A stretch of 63,594 nt of DNA, filler included, from Octopus bimaculoides (GCF_001194135.2; 5 parts of 5 records of this genome joined end to end with filler, not necessarily neighbours in it); one strand, 5' to 3'; counted from the whole stretch's first letter, positions 22,445-34,580 are shown. The notes: a model not told the origin generated them from the sequence alone. Numbers and translations: made by a program.

Positions 22445-22559
22445 AGGCATGGCCTTGTGGTTGAGAAACTTGCTTTCTAACCTTGTGGTCTTCAGCTAAG
22501 TTTCTTCTATTGTAGCTTTAGGCTGACCACTTGGTGGCTGGAAACTGAAAGAAGCTTGT

Positions 22560-22606
<47 letters not shown>

Positions 22607-22800
22607 TTGTGTGTACCATTGTCTAGACATCATGTAATGGTTGTAAATGAGATCCAGCAAGATTGTTCATTTCCTGTCTTCCCTGATAAACACATGTACC
22701 TTGAGAAAATATTACCTTGCTAGGAAATAGGTGAGGGATATCTGGCTGTAGACAATCTGCCTCAACAAATTCTGTATGACCCCTTACATGCTGAAAAATA
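22445..22800 (+). mobile_element. SINE family D-like head with (TG)n and an alternative tail, CpG-decayed
   Basis: ggcatggccttgtggttgagaaacttgcttt...ggaaactgaaagaagc-(TG)n. Confidence 0.65.
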
Positions 22801-23610
22801 GCTGTTAAATGATGACGATGATAATGAATAGGTGGAGGAGGAGAATGATGATGATGATGATGATGATGATGAAGATAATGTCAATGATGACGATGATAAT
22901 GATGACAATGATGATAATGATGACACACTTATACATGAATTTATTCTTGTTTTTGCTTTCCTTGTTCATTACTTGTTTCCTTTTTTGTTCTTTTTTTTTT
23001 TTTAGGCAGCCCGTGTAAACTCTGCATGCAAGCGTTTCCATAACGATGCTTTATCGTTTGCAGCCAATGGATATAAAGCTCTACCTCAAGCTGAACTCGA
23101 TTCCTATGTGTTATTCACAAGCAATGCAAAACTCAGAGTAATGTATTAATTATATACACTACATACATATATATATATGAATATATACACTCACCTTCTC
23201 CCCCCCCCCACACACACACACATATGTATTCAGACTTATGTTGGGAAAAAGTGGCAATAGCTCGATAGTTTGTTATTGAAAATTCCAAAGATCAATGTCT
23301 ACTTATTGTTAGTGTGTTACTAAGTTGTTACTTGTTGCCACACGGCTGGTAAAAATATTTGTTGATCATGTGCGTACCTTCATAAATTATTCAAAGTGAA
23401 AATTTTATTTTAAAGACTGTGTTGTGTTGTCTATATGTTGAAAGACATATGGAAACACACACAGACACACACAGACACGCACGCACACACACACACACAT
23501 ACACACACAAACACACACACACACACTCACACACATGCACACACATACACAAACAACCGCACCACTGAATGTATTATATATATAAATATATATATATAAT
23601 ATATATATAT

Positions 23611-23658
<48 letters not shown>

Positions 23659-23804
23659 GTCTTTTTTTTATGTCTGCATTGCATTGTGTCGACAGACTTG
23701 CACATAAAATTCCTGCATTTTTAATCAAAACTTGTTAATTACTAAAATGACAACACTACCTATTTATCTACCTTTCACACACACACACACACACACACAC
23801 ATAC

Positions 23805-23840
<36 letters not shown>

Positions 23841-25809
23841 CCTCTCTCTCCCCCTCTCTCTCTCTCTCTCTCACTGTATTTCATTCTCAACAACAACTTT
23901 TTTCTCCTCTTTTCCCCTTTCTCTACACAAATATTGTTATAGACAGACACACAGACAGACAGAAATCAGCTTCTGTTTTATAATAAAAGATTATGTTTTT
24001 AAAGAAGAGGCATTATTCAACTTTATTTAACTTTAATTTGTAGATGTTACTTGTAAATATAATTTTGGAGGAGATTAATCCAGCCAGTATTTGCAAGGAA
24101 AGATCTGTATAAAAACATTAAGTAGCATAGCTGTAGTCAATGATCTACTTTCATATGCATTATTTATGGGTGAAATGAATAACAAAGATACATCATCCCA
24201 TACGAAAACTGTTGGAGTTAGTTATAAATCCATTGCAATGTTCAAAACCCTTCTCTATTATCAGCAGGTATCTCAGTGCTGCAAGTGTTTCACCCCTTAG
24301 CCTGTATGCTTTGCCTGAATGGATATGGAATTAGTTTTTTCCTATGGACATGTGTCACCTACGTTCAGATGAAAGCAACTCAAGATGCTGCAATAATTTG
24401 TTATACATGGCTAGTATTAATAACAAACAACAAACATTTTCAATTTTGAAAGGCTTAACTCCTAGTCAGACTGTCTTACCAACTCCTAGTCAAACTGTCT
24501 TACCCATTCTAGCATGGAAAGCAGATGCTAAATGATGATGGTAATGACGATGATGATGCATAGTGACTATGTTTCAATATGGTTGACTGAGTCCAGATTG
24601 TTGTATCTTCTTGAAGAATGATACTAAAATTTCCTTCACAGGAATAGCATATTTTTTTTTTTTTTGCAGTTAAGTGTTTCAGCTATATTTTGATAATGGT
24701 TTGCTTTAACAGATTACAGAGTTGCTTGTGGGTGAGTGGGAGTGAAAAAATAACATGTCTATATTTTGCAATAATTTTTCTCTATCATGGTTTTTACCAA
24801 ATAATCTTTCAATTCTTCTTTATACTTTCAGGCCAAACTGTTCCAGATTCCAATAATGGCTCATTACTTAGTAGGAGTTTTGGTTTTCGCTTGTTTCCTC
24901 TTCCCAATTCTTTTCCAGACAGGTGTCTTGAAAATTAAACCTGCAAAGAAATCATGGTATTCTTGAAATGGTGTTTAAATGTTCCTGTACATAGAAGCTA
25001 TTGATTTTTATGGCAAGATTGAGTTATACTAATGACTATAACATTGTTTAAAAATATAATATATGCCTATATAATTATATATTTATCTACATGCGTGCAT
25101 GGGTATATGTATGGTTGTATGAGAGTTTGTGAGTAAGTATGCATTGAATTTTGCCATGTATTTGTGTATGAATATATGTATGTGTTTAACGTTGCTTATG
25201 TGTTTGTGTATTTATGTATGCCTGTATGACTATATATGCTTATATGCATGTATGTATGCATATATACAGGCTTGCATGTATGTATGCATATATGCACATA
25301 TAGATATCTATAAGTATAGTACTCACCAAAAACAACAGGGTAATTTTTACCTTCTTTCAGTAATTCCTGATGTTTATGCTTCAAGCCTTGATCCATATTC
25401 TTCTTGTGGCTCATTTAGTATTCTTTCAGTTATTTTTCTTTTACTCATTCTCTTTTGTTATCCTCACTGTTTCACATATTCACTGCTTTTCTCTTCTTCT
25501 CTAGCTTTCTATCATCTCTCCCCTTCTCTCTCCCTCTCTGTCTCTGTAACATTGAAAAACAGATTCAAAAATCTCTCAGATGTAACTTAAATTTCTAGTC
25601 AATACTAATTTTATAAAGTCTATATCTACAAGCATATATAAATACATACATACATGCATACATACACATATTTATGCATATATACATATATATATATGTC
25701 CATGTATGTATATCTGTCTGTGTATCTCTCTCTCTCATTCTCTCTCTATATATTATATGTATATTATACATACATACATACATACATACATACAGACAGA
25801 CAGACAGAC

Positions 25810-25847
<38 letters not shown>

Positions 25848-26806
25848 ACTTGCTTGGAAATGGATGCATGGCGTTCAATCAAATAATAATATAAATAGTA
25901 TATATATANNNNNNNNNNNNNNNNNNNNNNNNNNNNNNNNNNNNNNNNNNNNNNNNNNNNNNNNNNNNNNNNNNNNNNNNNNNNNNNNNNNNNNNNNNNN
26001 NNNNNNNNNNNNNNNNNNNNNNNNNNNNNNNNNNNNNNNNNNNNNNNNNNNNNNNNNNNNNNNNNNNNNNNNNNNNNNNNNNNNNNNNNNNNNNNNNNNN
26101 NNNNNNNNNNNNNNNNNNNNNNNNNNNNNNNNNNNNNNNNNNNNNNNNNNNNNNNNNNNNNNNNNNNNNNNNNNNNNNNNNNNNNNNNNNNNNNNNNNNN
26201 NNNNNNNNNNNNNNNNNNNNNNNNNNNNNNNNNNNNNNNNNNNNNNNNNNNNNNNNNNNNNNNNNNNNNNNNNNNNNNNNNNNNNNNNNNNNNNNNNNNN
26301 NNNNNNNNNATATTCTATATCCTACATTAATATTATAAGAATATAAATAAAACATAAAAAACAAACAGAGCTGGAATTCCTTTGAATAATATGATGATGA
26401 TGATGATGATGATATATATATACACACATATAGAGAGAGAAAAAGGAGGCAGTCAAAATTTTGGATAATCCTTTATTAGGCACTTTCGTTTGTTTTTTTT
26501 TAGCTCGTCAAGATAAGATCAAAATCAAAATGGTAAAAACAGAATGTTTCATTGCTCAGACAGATGAATTGGATGCTTTTATTTTTGTTTTGTTTAGAAG
26601 AGGAGAATATTGTTTTTTTGTTTTTTTTTGAAAAAGGGACAGAGAGATGAAGAAAAGCAGAGTGGTTGGGAAATATACAGAGAGAGTAGTTTCAGGACAA
26701 TCAAGAAAGAGGAGTAAAAAATAAGGATGGGGAAAGGGTAGATAGATAGATAGAAGGACAGAGAGAGAGGGAGAGATAGGGGTGTCTTTTCAATTTGGTG
26801 TGTCAA

Positions 26807-27305
26807 TTCATTGAAATTTCATTACAAAGTAATTTTTATTTTCTTCTTTCTGCCTTCTTTATTCTTTTTACATTGTATACGTTTCAACATATTTGTAAAT
26901 AAACACATTTTCTCACAAGAACTGGTCACCTTTGAAAGGTGTCAATTTTAGGAAGTAGGATGGAAGAAATAAGAAAAGTGGGGAGGGTGCAGTCGTGTAT
27001 TCTTTTACAGTCAAAACATAGAATTACACACAATATGGGATTTGGTTATACAGTGTAAAAGAATTTACATTTTCATAGTCCTTTGAACTTTAATGACTTT
27101 TTTGCATTTTTCAGTAGTGACTGCACCTCCCCCTTTTCTTATTTCTTCCATCCTACTTACTAAAATTGATACCTGTGAAAAGTGACCAGCCCTTGTGAGG
27201 AAATGCATTTATTTACAAGCATGTTAATAAGTATACAATGTGAAAATGAAAAAGAAAGGAGAAAGAAAAAAAAGAAAAATTACTTTGTAATGAAATTTCA
27301 ATGAA
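26807..27305. repeat. Long inverted repeat (foldback): ~190-bp arms with a 124-bp spacer
   Basis: 26807-26994 (ttcattgaaatttcattacaaagtaattt...gagggtgcagtc) is the imperfect reverse complement of 27119-27305 (gactgcacctcccc...aattactttgtaatgaaatttcaatgaa). Confidence 0.9.
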
Positions 27306-27450
27306 CTGAGTTCAAATCCTACTGAAGTCAATTTTGTTTTTCTTTTATTTCATTTATTCTTCTGGATCAATGAGATAAAGAATCTCTCAAGAACTGATTT
27401 CTATATCATATTTTGCTATTTCCTCTCAGAAATCTGAGGCATTGTGTCAG

Positions 27451-27685
27451 GTAGATGGACAATTCGTCAACAGACAGTTGGTCAACAGACAACTTACAGA
27501 CAAGACAATTGACCAATTGGACAATTTGCCGAAAGGACAATATGTCAACATTTTTTAAAAACAAAGTAAAAATTACAAAAAAGTTTTATTAGACTTACAA
27601 ATAAAAACAATTTATTTATAAAAAGATACTGTCTGTTGACGAATTGTCTGTCAGCAAATTGTCTGTTGACGAATTGTCTACACAT
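27451..27685. mobile_element. Small MITE-like element with TIRs built from 15-bp subrepeats (gacaattcgtcaaca)
   Basis: The left end carries gacaattcgtcaacagacagttggtcaacagacaa. The right end carries the reverse complement twice (ctgttgacgaattgtc). Confidence 0.7.
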
Positions 27686-27711
27686 GTTGTCTATTGGTGC
27701 AAACTTTGTCA

Positions 27712-28300
27712 TGTGGTTAATGAGCTCTCTTTGCAACCATGTAGCTGCAGCACCTTGGGAAAGTGTCTTCTACCTAAAGGTGGGCACCATTAATCGCAAA
27801 GTTAACCTTGTTAACCATTAATCCATTAACCAAAAAATTAACAGTTAATTATTTTGTAATGTAATGGAAATTATCGATAAACCATTAATGTTAATTTTTA
27901 TTATAAAAAAAGCAAAAAATCAGTTTTAGTTCTAAAACCACCTAAAAACACCTTTAAAAAGTGCCAAAACTATAAAAATCCATTAACTTCAATTGAATTG
28001 ACCTTAATGAAAGCTAATTTAAGTTGACTTGAGTTAACAGAAGTTAAATGTAACGAAATTTAATTAGTCCGATTGTGATTTCCAAAGTTAACTTTAAAGT
28101 TAAACCATTAACAAAAATGTTAACCTCATTAACTAACGATTAACAGATTAACAGTTTGGTGCCCAGGTTTGCTTCTACCATAGTACTACCCCAGTACTTA
28201 CTTAGAAGTAAGTACTAGGGTCAGTTTGTTCAACTGAACCCTTCAAAGTGGTGCCTCACAATGGCTGCAATCCAATGACTGAAACAAGTAAATGACAAAA
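27712..28300 (+). mobile_element. SINE family D split by a hAT MITE (SINE parts 27712-27774 and 28172-28300)
   Basis: The head ends gggaaagtgtcttctacc. It resumes cttctaccatag...ggtgcctcacaatggctgcaatccaatgactgaaacaagtaaa. Confidence 0.7.
27775..28171. mobile_element. hAT-type MITE, 397 bp, with a perfect 8-bp TSD
   Basis: TSD cttctacc at 27767-27774 and 28172-28179. Imperfect TIRs taaaggtgggcacc / ggtgcccaggtttg. Many internal (c)ttaac subterminal motifs. Confidence 0.85.
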
Positions 28301-28382
28301 GATAAGAAGCTTTTTTCTTTCCTCTTCCTCTTCTTCTCTTTCTCTCTCTCTCACCTTCACTTACTCTCTTTCTGCCTCTCTA

Positions 28383-28470
28383 ATATTCTCACTTCTTCTT
28401 TCCCCTGTTTCATATTCTCACTTCTTCTTTCCCCTATTTCATATTCTTACTTCTTCTTTCCCCTGTTTCA
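28383..28470. repeat. 29-bp tandem repeat, three copies
   Basis: (c)atattctcacttcttctttcccctgttt x3 with single substitutions. Confidence 0.85.
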
Positions 28471-28820
28471 CGCCCTTCATCATACATCTCTCTTTTGATT
28501 GCTGCCTTTCAGTAGCAGCTTCAGTCCTTTGCTGAACCCCTCAGCTTTCTTGCTTGTATGCTAACGGTTATTCCTGTTCCCATCTTCTTCCCAGCTCTCT
28601 ATTTCGCCGATGGCCTTCTCTTCTTACATACCACATGCATTCATATATATGTACAGTTGATTAGAAAATATATGAAATCCAAGAAACAGGTAATAAGTAC
28701 TATGATATTTGTTGATTGTTTGGGGAATAAACTACCTAAGCTAGCTACTGTATTTTCTCTTAATAAACATTTCATAAAAGATTGTTGTTGTTATTATTGT
28801 TGTTGTTGCTACTTGCTGCT

Positions 28821-29230
28821 GATGATGATAATATGGTTGCTGCTGCTGTTGTTGATAATATGGTTGCTGCTGCTGTTGTTGATAATATTGTTGCTGCTGC
28901 TGTTGTTGATAATATGGTTGCTGCTGCTGATGTTGTTGATAATATGGTTGCTGCTGCTGTTGTTGATAATATTGTTGCTGCTGCTGATGATGATAATATT
29001 GTTGCTGCTGCTGCTGTTGTTGATAATATTGTTGCTGCTGCTGTTGTTGATAATATTGTTGCTGCTGCTGTTGTTGATAATATTGTTGCTGCTGCTGTTG
29101 TTGATAATATTGTTGCTGCTGATGATGATGATAATATGGTTGCTGCTGCTGTTGTTGATAATATTGTTGCTGCCGTTGCTACTGTTGTTGTTACTGCTGC
29201 TGTTGCTGCTGCTGATGATAATATGGTTGC
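28821..29230. repeat. 27-bp minisatellite (gttgttgataatat[g/t]gttgctgctgct), about 14 units, plus a detached unit near 29630
   Basis: Units read directly from the sequence. Length variants differ by whole triplets. Confidence 0.9.
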
Positions 29231-29929
29231 TTTATTATTATTATTATTATTGTTGTTGTTGCTGCTGCGACTGTTGTCGTCACCGTCGTCGTCGCTACCG
29301 CTGCCGTCGCCGCCATTGCTGCCATCACCACTGCCGTCGCCGNNNNNNNNNNNNNNNNNNNNNNNNNNNNNNNNNNNNNNNNNNNNNNNNNNNNNNNNNN
29401 NNNNNNNNNNNNNNNNNNNNNNNNNNNNNNNNNNNNNNNNNNNNNNNNNNNNNNNNNNNNNNNNNNGTCATCGCCGCCACTGCTGCCGTCGCCGCCGCCG
29501 TCGCTGCCGCCACTGCTGCCATCGCCGCTGCCGCCACCACCACCGTCGCCGCTGTCGCCACCACTACCGTCGCCTCTGCCGTTGCTACCTCCACCGCCAT
29601 CACCGACGCCACTGCCGCTGCTGCTGTTGTTGATAATATTGTTGCTGCTGCTCTTGTTGTTATCGTTGTTATTGTTGCTGTTGCTGTTGCTGTTGCTTCT
29701 GCTACCATTCTTATTATTGTTGTTGTCACCGTTGTAGTTTTTGCTACTGTTGCTGCTTTTGCTGCTGTAGTTGTTTATGTTGCTGTTGTTGCTTCTGTTG
29801 TCATAATTGTTGTTCTTGTCACTGCTGAAGTTGTTTAGCTCCAGCCTCAGCCTTGATTGAGCAGGTATACAATTCAAGGTACTCAAACCAAAGCAGTCAC
29901 ATCTTTCTGTTTTTAAAGCTTAGATTTTT

Positions 29930-29943
29930 TAATAATAATAATG

Positions 29944-29995
<52 letters not shown>

Positions 29996-30146
29996 CAACA
30001 TCGAAAAATACCTTAGGAATGAGAACCCAGGTTCGAAATTTCCCCAAGACACCTGATGAAGGCTGTGGGGTATATCAGCCGAAACATTGTGTTAACAACA
30101 AACAAGATGAGGACAAATATCCGTCAAATGTAAATAATGTAAATAA
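29930..30146 (+). mobile_element. Second copy of the (AAT)n + hammerhead-motif tail (no tRNA head visible)
   Basis: acatcgaaaaataccttaggaatgagaacccagg...gacacCTGATGAaggctg..cagccGAAACattgtgtt...aaatgtaaataatgt is closely similar to 20250-20393. Confidence 0.85.
30048..30093 (+). ncRNA. Minimal type-I hammerhead ribozyme motif (probably inactivated by a CpG transition)
   Basis: Stem I gacac/gtgtt, core CTGATGA (30053-30059), extra A, stem II ggctg/cagcc, GAAAC (30081-30085), then ATT where the inferred consensus has GTT. Confidence 0.6.
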
Positions 30147-30924
30147 TATAGTTCTTGGTTATCGTATATCTCCTTCCTTTTTCTAAGACAGAAGAGAGTG
30201 ATTTGCAGCAGATCTGGATGCTTTTTTTTTTCTAGAAAGACTAGAAATTACAAACAAGCTGTTACTAGTACATTTTAGAAAAAAAAAAAAAAAGAAACAT
30301 AGCTGTTAAACCCAAGGTAAGCCCTAGTTGAGTATAACTAAATGTATAACTACACAAGGATGCTATGAATGGCCCTAAATGTGAAATGGTAACAACACAT
30401 GACAAATAAATACGTTTATGGAGACCTGCCAAAAGTTAATGAAAAGATCAAGCAAAGATGGCTGTGATTATCTGGCCACTGCGTGTGCCATCCTGGACTA
30501 GAAGCATCCAAATTAGTCTTGTGGAATCCACTTCATGGTGATGTGAGAAGAAGAAAACATTGTCACACCTACATCAACAGCTTGATTGCAGACACTGGCC
30601 AGGACTGTATCCAGGACCCAGAGGAAGTGATGATAGACCGAGAAGTGTAGCAAGTGGAATATGTTGCTGTGGTCCAGGTTGGAATCCGGCCATAATAATA
30701 AATAGTATGATCAGTATTTCCTCTAAACTGTGTGCTTGTGCATGCGTGCACTTGTGCACACACACACACACACACACTCTCTCTCTCTCTTTCACGCACA
30801 CACACACACATGCCCACATGCATGCACACAGATGTTTTGCAACTAGGAAAGGAAAAGATGGGCACACACAAGGTTTTCAAGAAGAAATCAGATATTTTTA
30901 GTTGAAGAAATTTGAGCAGGCAGG

Positions 30925-31365
30925 ATTGGCTGTGTGGTTAAATAGCTTGCTGTGAAACCATATAGTTTCAGGTTCCATCCCATGGTGAGGCACTTTGGGT
31001 GTCTTCTATTGTAATCCAAGGCTAACCAATGCCTTGTGAGTGAATTTGGTAGATCAAAACTACATGACAGCCACTCATATATAAATGTGTGTGTGTCTAT
31101 GTGTCTATGTGTGTGTGTGTATGTATGTATGTGTGTGTGCATATGTATGTGTGTTTGCATTTGTGTTTGTAATCCTCACTGCTTAAAATTGTTATTTTAT
31201 TTACCTCCCTGTAACTTAGCAGTTTGGTAAGATTAACTGATAGAATACAATAAGTATCAGGTTTAAAAAATAAATACAAGGGCAAATTTGTTTTACTACA
31301 CCCGCAAAGGCAGTGCTCCAGCGTGGCCACAGTCAACATACTGAAACAAGTAAAAGATAGAAAGA
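30925..31365 (+). mobile_element. SINE family D, full length, CpG-decayed
   Basis: ggctgtgtggttaaatagcttgct head, (TG)n middle, tail ggcagtgctccagcgtggccacagtcaacatactgaaacaagtaaaagat. Confidence 0.85.
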
Positions 31366-31873
31366 CAAAAGATTGTTACTTGCATGGATGTGTGCATACT
31401 TCATAAAAGAAGACAAGATTTGCAGACAATGCATATTTCTGCATGCATTCGCTGCAAAAATATTTGAGGGAACATGGCTTAGAATTTCAACCATTGCTTT
31501 CTTGTCTTTTGAAGGCAAGTAGAACTAAGTTATCTTATGAGTCCTTTCTTTATTTAGAAGAAGTAAAGCATGATTTGAATGAGGTTTGGTTGTTATTTCC
31601 AGCATGTTGAGCAACCACATATGATGCTCTCTGATTGTCTCAGGGAAACTCATGCATTGTATTACTGTTCTGTTTGTTTTCTGTTTACAGGAAATTAATT
31701 TGTAGGAATGTAATTAAAAGTTGAGTGTTTACATCTAAAAAATGTGAAGACTTAATAAATAAAGCAACTTGGAAAACAAGAATTATTTAAAAAGAAAACC
31801 ATTAATAATATAAACAATACATGTTTTTATTTCCTTCTCTATGTGCAATTAAAGAAACTGCCAGATTTTTAAC

Positions 31874-31913
<40 letters not shown>

Positions 31914-32344
31914 GCGTATATATCTTTTCTATTAAACATACATTGCAAAATGTAATTATTTAAAGGAAATTATAAGAAAAATATATTAATTACTATATTT
32001 ATTATTTTCTATAAAATGCTAACATTTTCTGTGATGTTGCAAAAGAAGTATAGGTTAAAGAAATTAAAATCAGAAAAAATTCAAATTTATAACTAAAATA
32101 AATTTTCACCTGAAGAACATGATCAAAATAACTTAAATTTTTTATGACATGCGTAGGTAAATAAATAACTGGGAATGGATAAGATAAGCAAACAAAAGGC
32201 ATTAAAGAGAGCAGAAACCACAGTTACTGGTTAATGTTCAAATACATAGCCATTATTCTATGACGATTTTAAAATGCTATTTTTGATCTACAAGTTCTTA
32301 GATTTTTATATGTAGTGAGTAATTTTTTTTGCTCATATTTTCAG

Positions 32345-32760
32345 TATTGCTGTTGTCGTCGTCTTCATTGTCATCATTTAATGTCCATTTTCTATGCTGG
32401 TATGGGTTGGATGACTTCAAAGGGACTAATAAGGCCAGGGGCTGCACCAGGTCCCATGGTCTGTTTTGGCTTGGTTTCTACAGCTGGATGCCCTTCCTAA
32501 TGTCAAACACTCAACAGAGTATACTGGGTACATTTTACTTGGCACCATCACCAGTGCTTTTTACATGTAACCGGCACCCACACCAATGCTTTTTACATGA
32601 CACTTTGATTTTAGGATATCAATTCTGTTGTGGTGGGCAGATCTTTTTGAGTACAACAATGTGCCACATCTCTTGGTCATCTCCTTCATAAGGCTCAGCA
32701 TTATGGTCATCTCCATAATGCTGGTCATCTGGTCATCAGTAATGCTATGAGACATGACCA
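32345..32760 (-). mobile_element. RTE LINE 3' UTR fragment
   Basis: catttaatgtccattttctatgctggtatgggttgg...ctacagctggatgcccttcctaa...ggtcatctccttc. Confidence 0.75.
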
Positions 32761-33099
32761 GTTAGATGCTATAATGTGTTGTTTTCACTTCAATGCAGCA
32801 CATGATATATCAATAAAAGTGATAAATTTGCAAAACTGCAAACACTTTTTTAAAGTGTTTTTTAGTTGCCTGACCCACTTTAGTAATCCATGTTGATTAC
32901 TTATTTTTAGTTGATTGTATAAACCTTTTTTTGATAGGCCATCCTATATATTTGTATTTTTTATGTGCATTTTTAATTTTTTTCCTTCTGTGTTTTTATA
33001 TATATATATTCCTTTTATATGTTGAAGGCCATGGTAATATTTATATATGATCAAATATATTGAAGCGTGGTGTTATATAAAGTCATTGACTCGAATTTG

Positions 33100-33414
33100 A
33101 TGTTTATTTATTTATTTATTTATTTATTTATGTGTTTCAGCCAAGTGGCTGCGGTCATGCTGGTGCACCACCGTGATTTTCATGTTCCTTGCATGGCTCT
33201 TCTCCCCCACCTGACATGGTCCAATCAAGAGTTTTGATGGCACATCTGGTGTATAAGAGAATTTGACACAGCTGCCCTAAACTGCGTCTCATTACGAGCC
33301 ATTGGTTCGTCTGGTATCGTGGAGAGGAAAGCGTCAAGTTTTGTCTTGAAGACCTCCGCATCCATGTCTTGCATGTCTCTCAAATGTTTTGGCAGGGCAT
33401 TGAAGAGCTGAGGT
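33100..33414 (-). mobile_element. CR1-clade LINE 3' end with (AAAT)n tail
   Basis: Minus strand reads PQLFNALPKHLRDMQDMDAEVFKTKLDAFLSTIPDEPMARNETQFRAAVSNSLIHQ, then a UTR ending ggtgcaccagcatgaccgcagccacttggctgaaaca. Confidence 0.85.
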
Positions 33415-34059
33415 NNNNNNNNNNNNNNNNNNNNNNNNNNNNNNNNNNNNNNNNNNNNTTAATTAATTAANNNNNNNNNNNNNNNNNNNNNNNNNNNNNN
33501 NNNNNNNNNNNNNNTTATAATCACAACAGCAAGAAAGTATGTACATGATCACCTTCTTTTACGAAACTTCATTGTCTTTCATATATTTATATTGATATAC
33601 ATATATATACGTGTGTTTGGGTGCGTGTGTGTATATACATCTCTATATATAAAGATGATGCGTAGTCTAGACGGCGTTTTTAGATTTCATTATTCTCTTT
33701 AACCCGGGCAACGCCGGGTATATACTAATTCTTACATACAAAGACTTAACTTTATATATGCCAATACATATACGTATGTACAAACACTCAGAACACAGCG
33801 ATTATCTTGAACTATGAGCTGCCAAATATTCTACTCATTGGATGAACTGCTCATTCAATATCAAACGAAACGTTTGCGTATTCCACTATCACGTCTGACC
33901 TTAGCATAATTTTTAGATAGAATCTACCAGATAGTCCATCAAATTTCACTCATTAATTTTGGTCAAAACGGAACTATGATGATGTCATTTTTTTCAACGC
34001 ATCACGCACTCCTTTCGAACGCAGGACTGTAGTTGCGATAAATTTATTAATTATTCATT

Positions 34060-34580
34060 CTGCCTGGCTGCCTGGCTGGCTGCCTGCCTGCCTTCCTCCT
34101 TTCCCACCTACCTACCTACCTACCTACCTACCTACCTACCTACCTACCTACCTACCTACCTATCTACCTCCCTACATACCTATGGATGGATGGATGGATG
34201 GATAGAGAGATAGATAGATAAACATACATATATATGTATATATGTGTATGTATGTATGCATGTATGTATGTAGGTTACCTACCTACCTACCTACCTACCT
34301 ACCTATGGATGGATGGATAGAGAGATGAATAGATAAACATACATATATATGTATGCATGTGTATGTGTATGTATGTATGTAGGTAGTTAGGTATGTAGGT
34401 AGTTAGGTATGTAGGTAGGTAGGTTACCTACCTACCTACCTACATACATACATACATACATACATACACATACACATGCCTACATATATATATATGTATG
34501 TTTATATATCCATCCATCCATCCATCCATCCATCCATCCATCCATCCATCCATCCATCCATCTATCTATCTATCTATCTA
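34060..34580. repeat. Compound tetranucleotide microsatellite cluster (CCTA, GGAT, TAGG, CATA, CATC) with an internal ~130-bp higher-order duplication
   Basis: The block cctacc..tatggatggatggatagagaga..gataaacatacatatatatgtat..gtaggt recurs at about 34170 and 34300. Confidence 0.85.

Noticed and set aside
24457-24504. 24-bp tandem duplication reading TPSQTVLP twice
   Set aside because: It is a local duplication adjacent to an RTE tail remnant, with no coding context.
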